From assembly GCA_025201805.1 (NCBI GenBank), contig MU619237.1, forward strand, positions 1 through 64,000: a stretch of DNA of 64,000 nucleotides, given 5' to 3'. The notes under the pieces were generated by a model. That model was not told the origin of the DNA. It did no database searches and was given only the letters and a program-made list of their open reading frames with translations. Shown piece after piece: positions 62,709 to 64,000 of the stretch. Positions within the stretch are counted from its first letter, which is position 1. Each line of letters begins with the position of its first letter. Both the position numbers and the translations under genes were made by a program. This DNA is from Parasitella parasitica NRRL 2501. Lineage: Eukaryota > Fungi > Mucoromycota.

Positions 62709-64000
62709 ATGAAGAGGAATCAGCCAAAAACCAAGCAGGAAAACACACTGTTCAGCTATTTCTCTTCGACAAAACCACCAGCCAAGAAAGAGCCTCTTTC
62801 GTCGCTATTAGACAGGACGAGCTCCAGTACTGCAAACACTGCAAACACTGCAAACATTGCAAACATTGCAAACACAGTCAAACAAACAATAGACTTGACA
62901 GAGGACGACCAAGTTATGATCATCTCATCCCAAGATGCAGTTATTGATCTGGAGTCAAGCCAGAGCAGCTTCCAAGCAAGTAGCCAAGGCTCGATGAGCA
63001 GACTTAATACAGCCGAAATGGTCAACTGCTCAAAATACAACAGAAAAGGCTGGTCTGTCGAAGCAAAGCAGAAGGGGCCACAAAAATCGAGCCAAGACAC
63101 CCGCTTATCGCAAGAAAAGAAGCCAAACAGCCAGTTTGAACGACTGCAGCTGAACAGGCCTCGAATTACTGCAAAACCGTCGTATGAATGGTTGGGCCCA
63201 AACGATGTCAAGCCCTACAGCTCCAATTTCAACCCATTTGTGTCAGCATCAGCCCAACTTAAAGACGAGGCTCCCCACATCTCGTCACAGTTTGAAAGAT
63301 CTTTCAGTGCCTCATTAGGAAAGCGTAGCTACAGCGATTACGATGGCTCCTCGTCGCCGTCCTATGAGTCAGGATCAACAGGCTGGGGAAACAATACTAA
63401 CAGCAAAGGCTCAAATAGACGAGTTTTACCAGGTCCAGCAAGGCCCAAGGATACCAACTGGTCTAAATCAAAGGCGAAGCCTGGCTACACAAGACAAGCT
63501 CGTGCAAGAGTTTCCTACGACAAACCTGAAGTCTTGAACAGGCCCATAGTGTCCTCGACTGAATATGTTCCTGAACTATCGCAGGAACAGAAACGAGTTT
63601 TTAACTTGGTTGTCCGGGAGAGAAAGAGTCTGTTCTTTACTGGCTCAGCTGGCACAGGTAAATCGGTCCTGCTGCGTGCCATCATTGACAAGTTGAGATC
63701 AGAGTATGGAAGTAGGGTGGCAGTGACAGCATCCACAGGTATTGCTGCCTGCAACATCAACGGGTGCACATTACATAGGTAAACATGAATTTATTTTGCA
63801 AACGTGCAATCGAGTAACAAAAAAACGGACGATTTAGCTTTGGCGGTATTGGGTTAGGCAGTGAAAAGGCAGATGAATTAGCAGCAAAGGTCGAATACAG
63901 CAGAAAAGCCAGTGAACGATGGAGAGAAACTCAAGTTCTTATTATCGATGAAAGTAAGTCTCTGTAGCAGTGATCGCTAAATATTGCGTTGTTCACGAAT
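62709..64000 (+). CDS. PIF1: PIF1 family 5'-3' DNA helicase (3' end outside the window)
   Basis: [42 protein letters not shown]|[14 protein letters not shown]. Confidence 0.93.
62828..62874 (+). repeat. 9-bp coding tandem repeat (AYTGCAAAC x5; TAN/IAN)
   Basis: Directly visible in the PIF1 N-terminus. Confidence 0.9.

Noticed and set aside
62821-62880. Alternative-frame (CKH)n repeat resembling a metal-binding peptide
   Set aside because: Out-of-frame reading of the 9-bp repeat within PIF1; no independent support.

Overview
AT-rich, gene-dense fungal genomic DNA with short (~50-60 nt) GT-AG introns; gene content and style point to Mucorales (inferred, not verified). The first ~8.5 kb is a transposon graveyard: a truncated Tc1 transposase, LTR-like remnants, and a decayed IS630/Tc1 element carrying a 498-bp foreign coding insert. 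About 22 genes follow: long-chain acyl-CoA synthetase, ZIP zinc transporter, F-BAR/SH3 protein, SMC4, a secreted Cys-rich protein, RPL20, a cPLA2-type lipase, a URC1/urg1-like cyclohydrolase head-to-head with a uracil phosphoribosyltransferase, an intronless bacterial-type ArsC, MRPL20, AAGAB/p34, two tandem cell-surface paralogues, Ecl1-like, SCAI, TIM9, an HRD1/gp78-like E3, a formin, Reg1-like, an RS-rich protein, Nam8-like, an RNAi RdRP and PIF1 (truncated by the window edge). An intact DD34E Tc1 element and an adjacent MITE lie at 54-56.3 kb. The most interesting system is the compact cluster [orphan 94 aa <- URC1 <-> UPRT -> ArsC -> MRPL20], with a GATA-rich bidirectional promoter and a 50-nt UPRT-ArsC gap. 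Also notable are a perfect Zap1-type ZRE upstream of the zinc transporter and a triple CSL-type site upstream of the Ecl1-like gene. Gene boundaries were read by eye and are approximate where stated.
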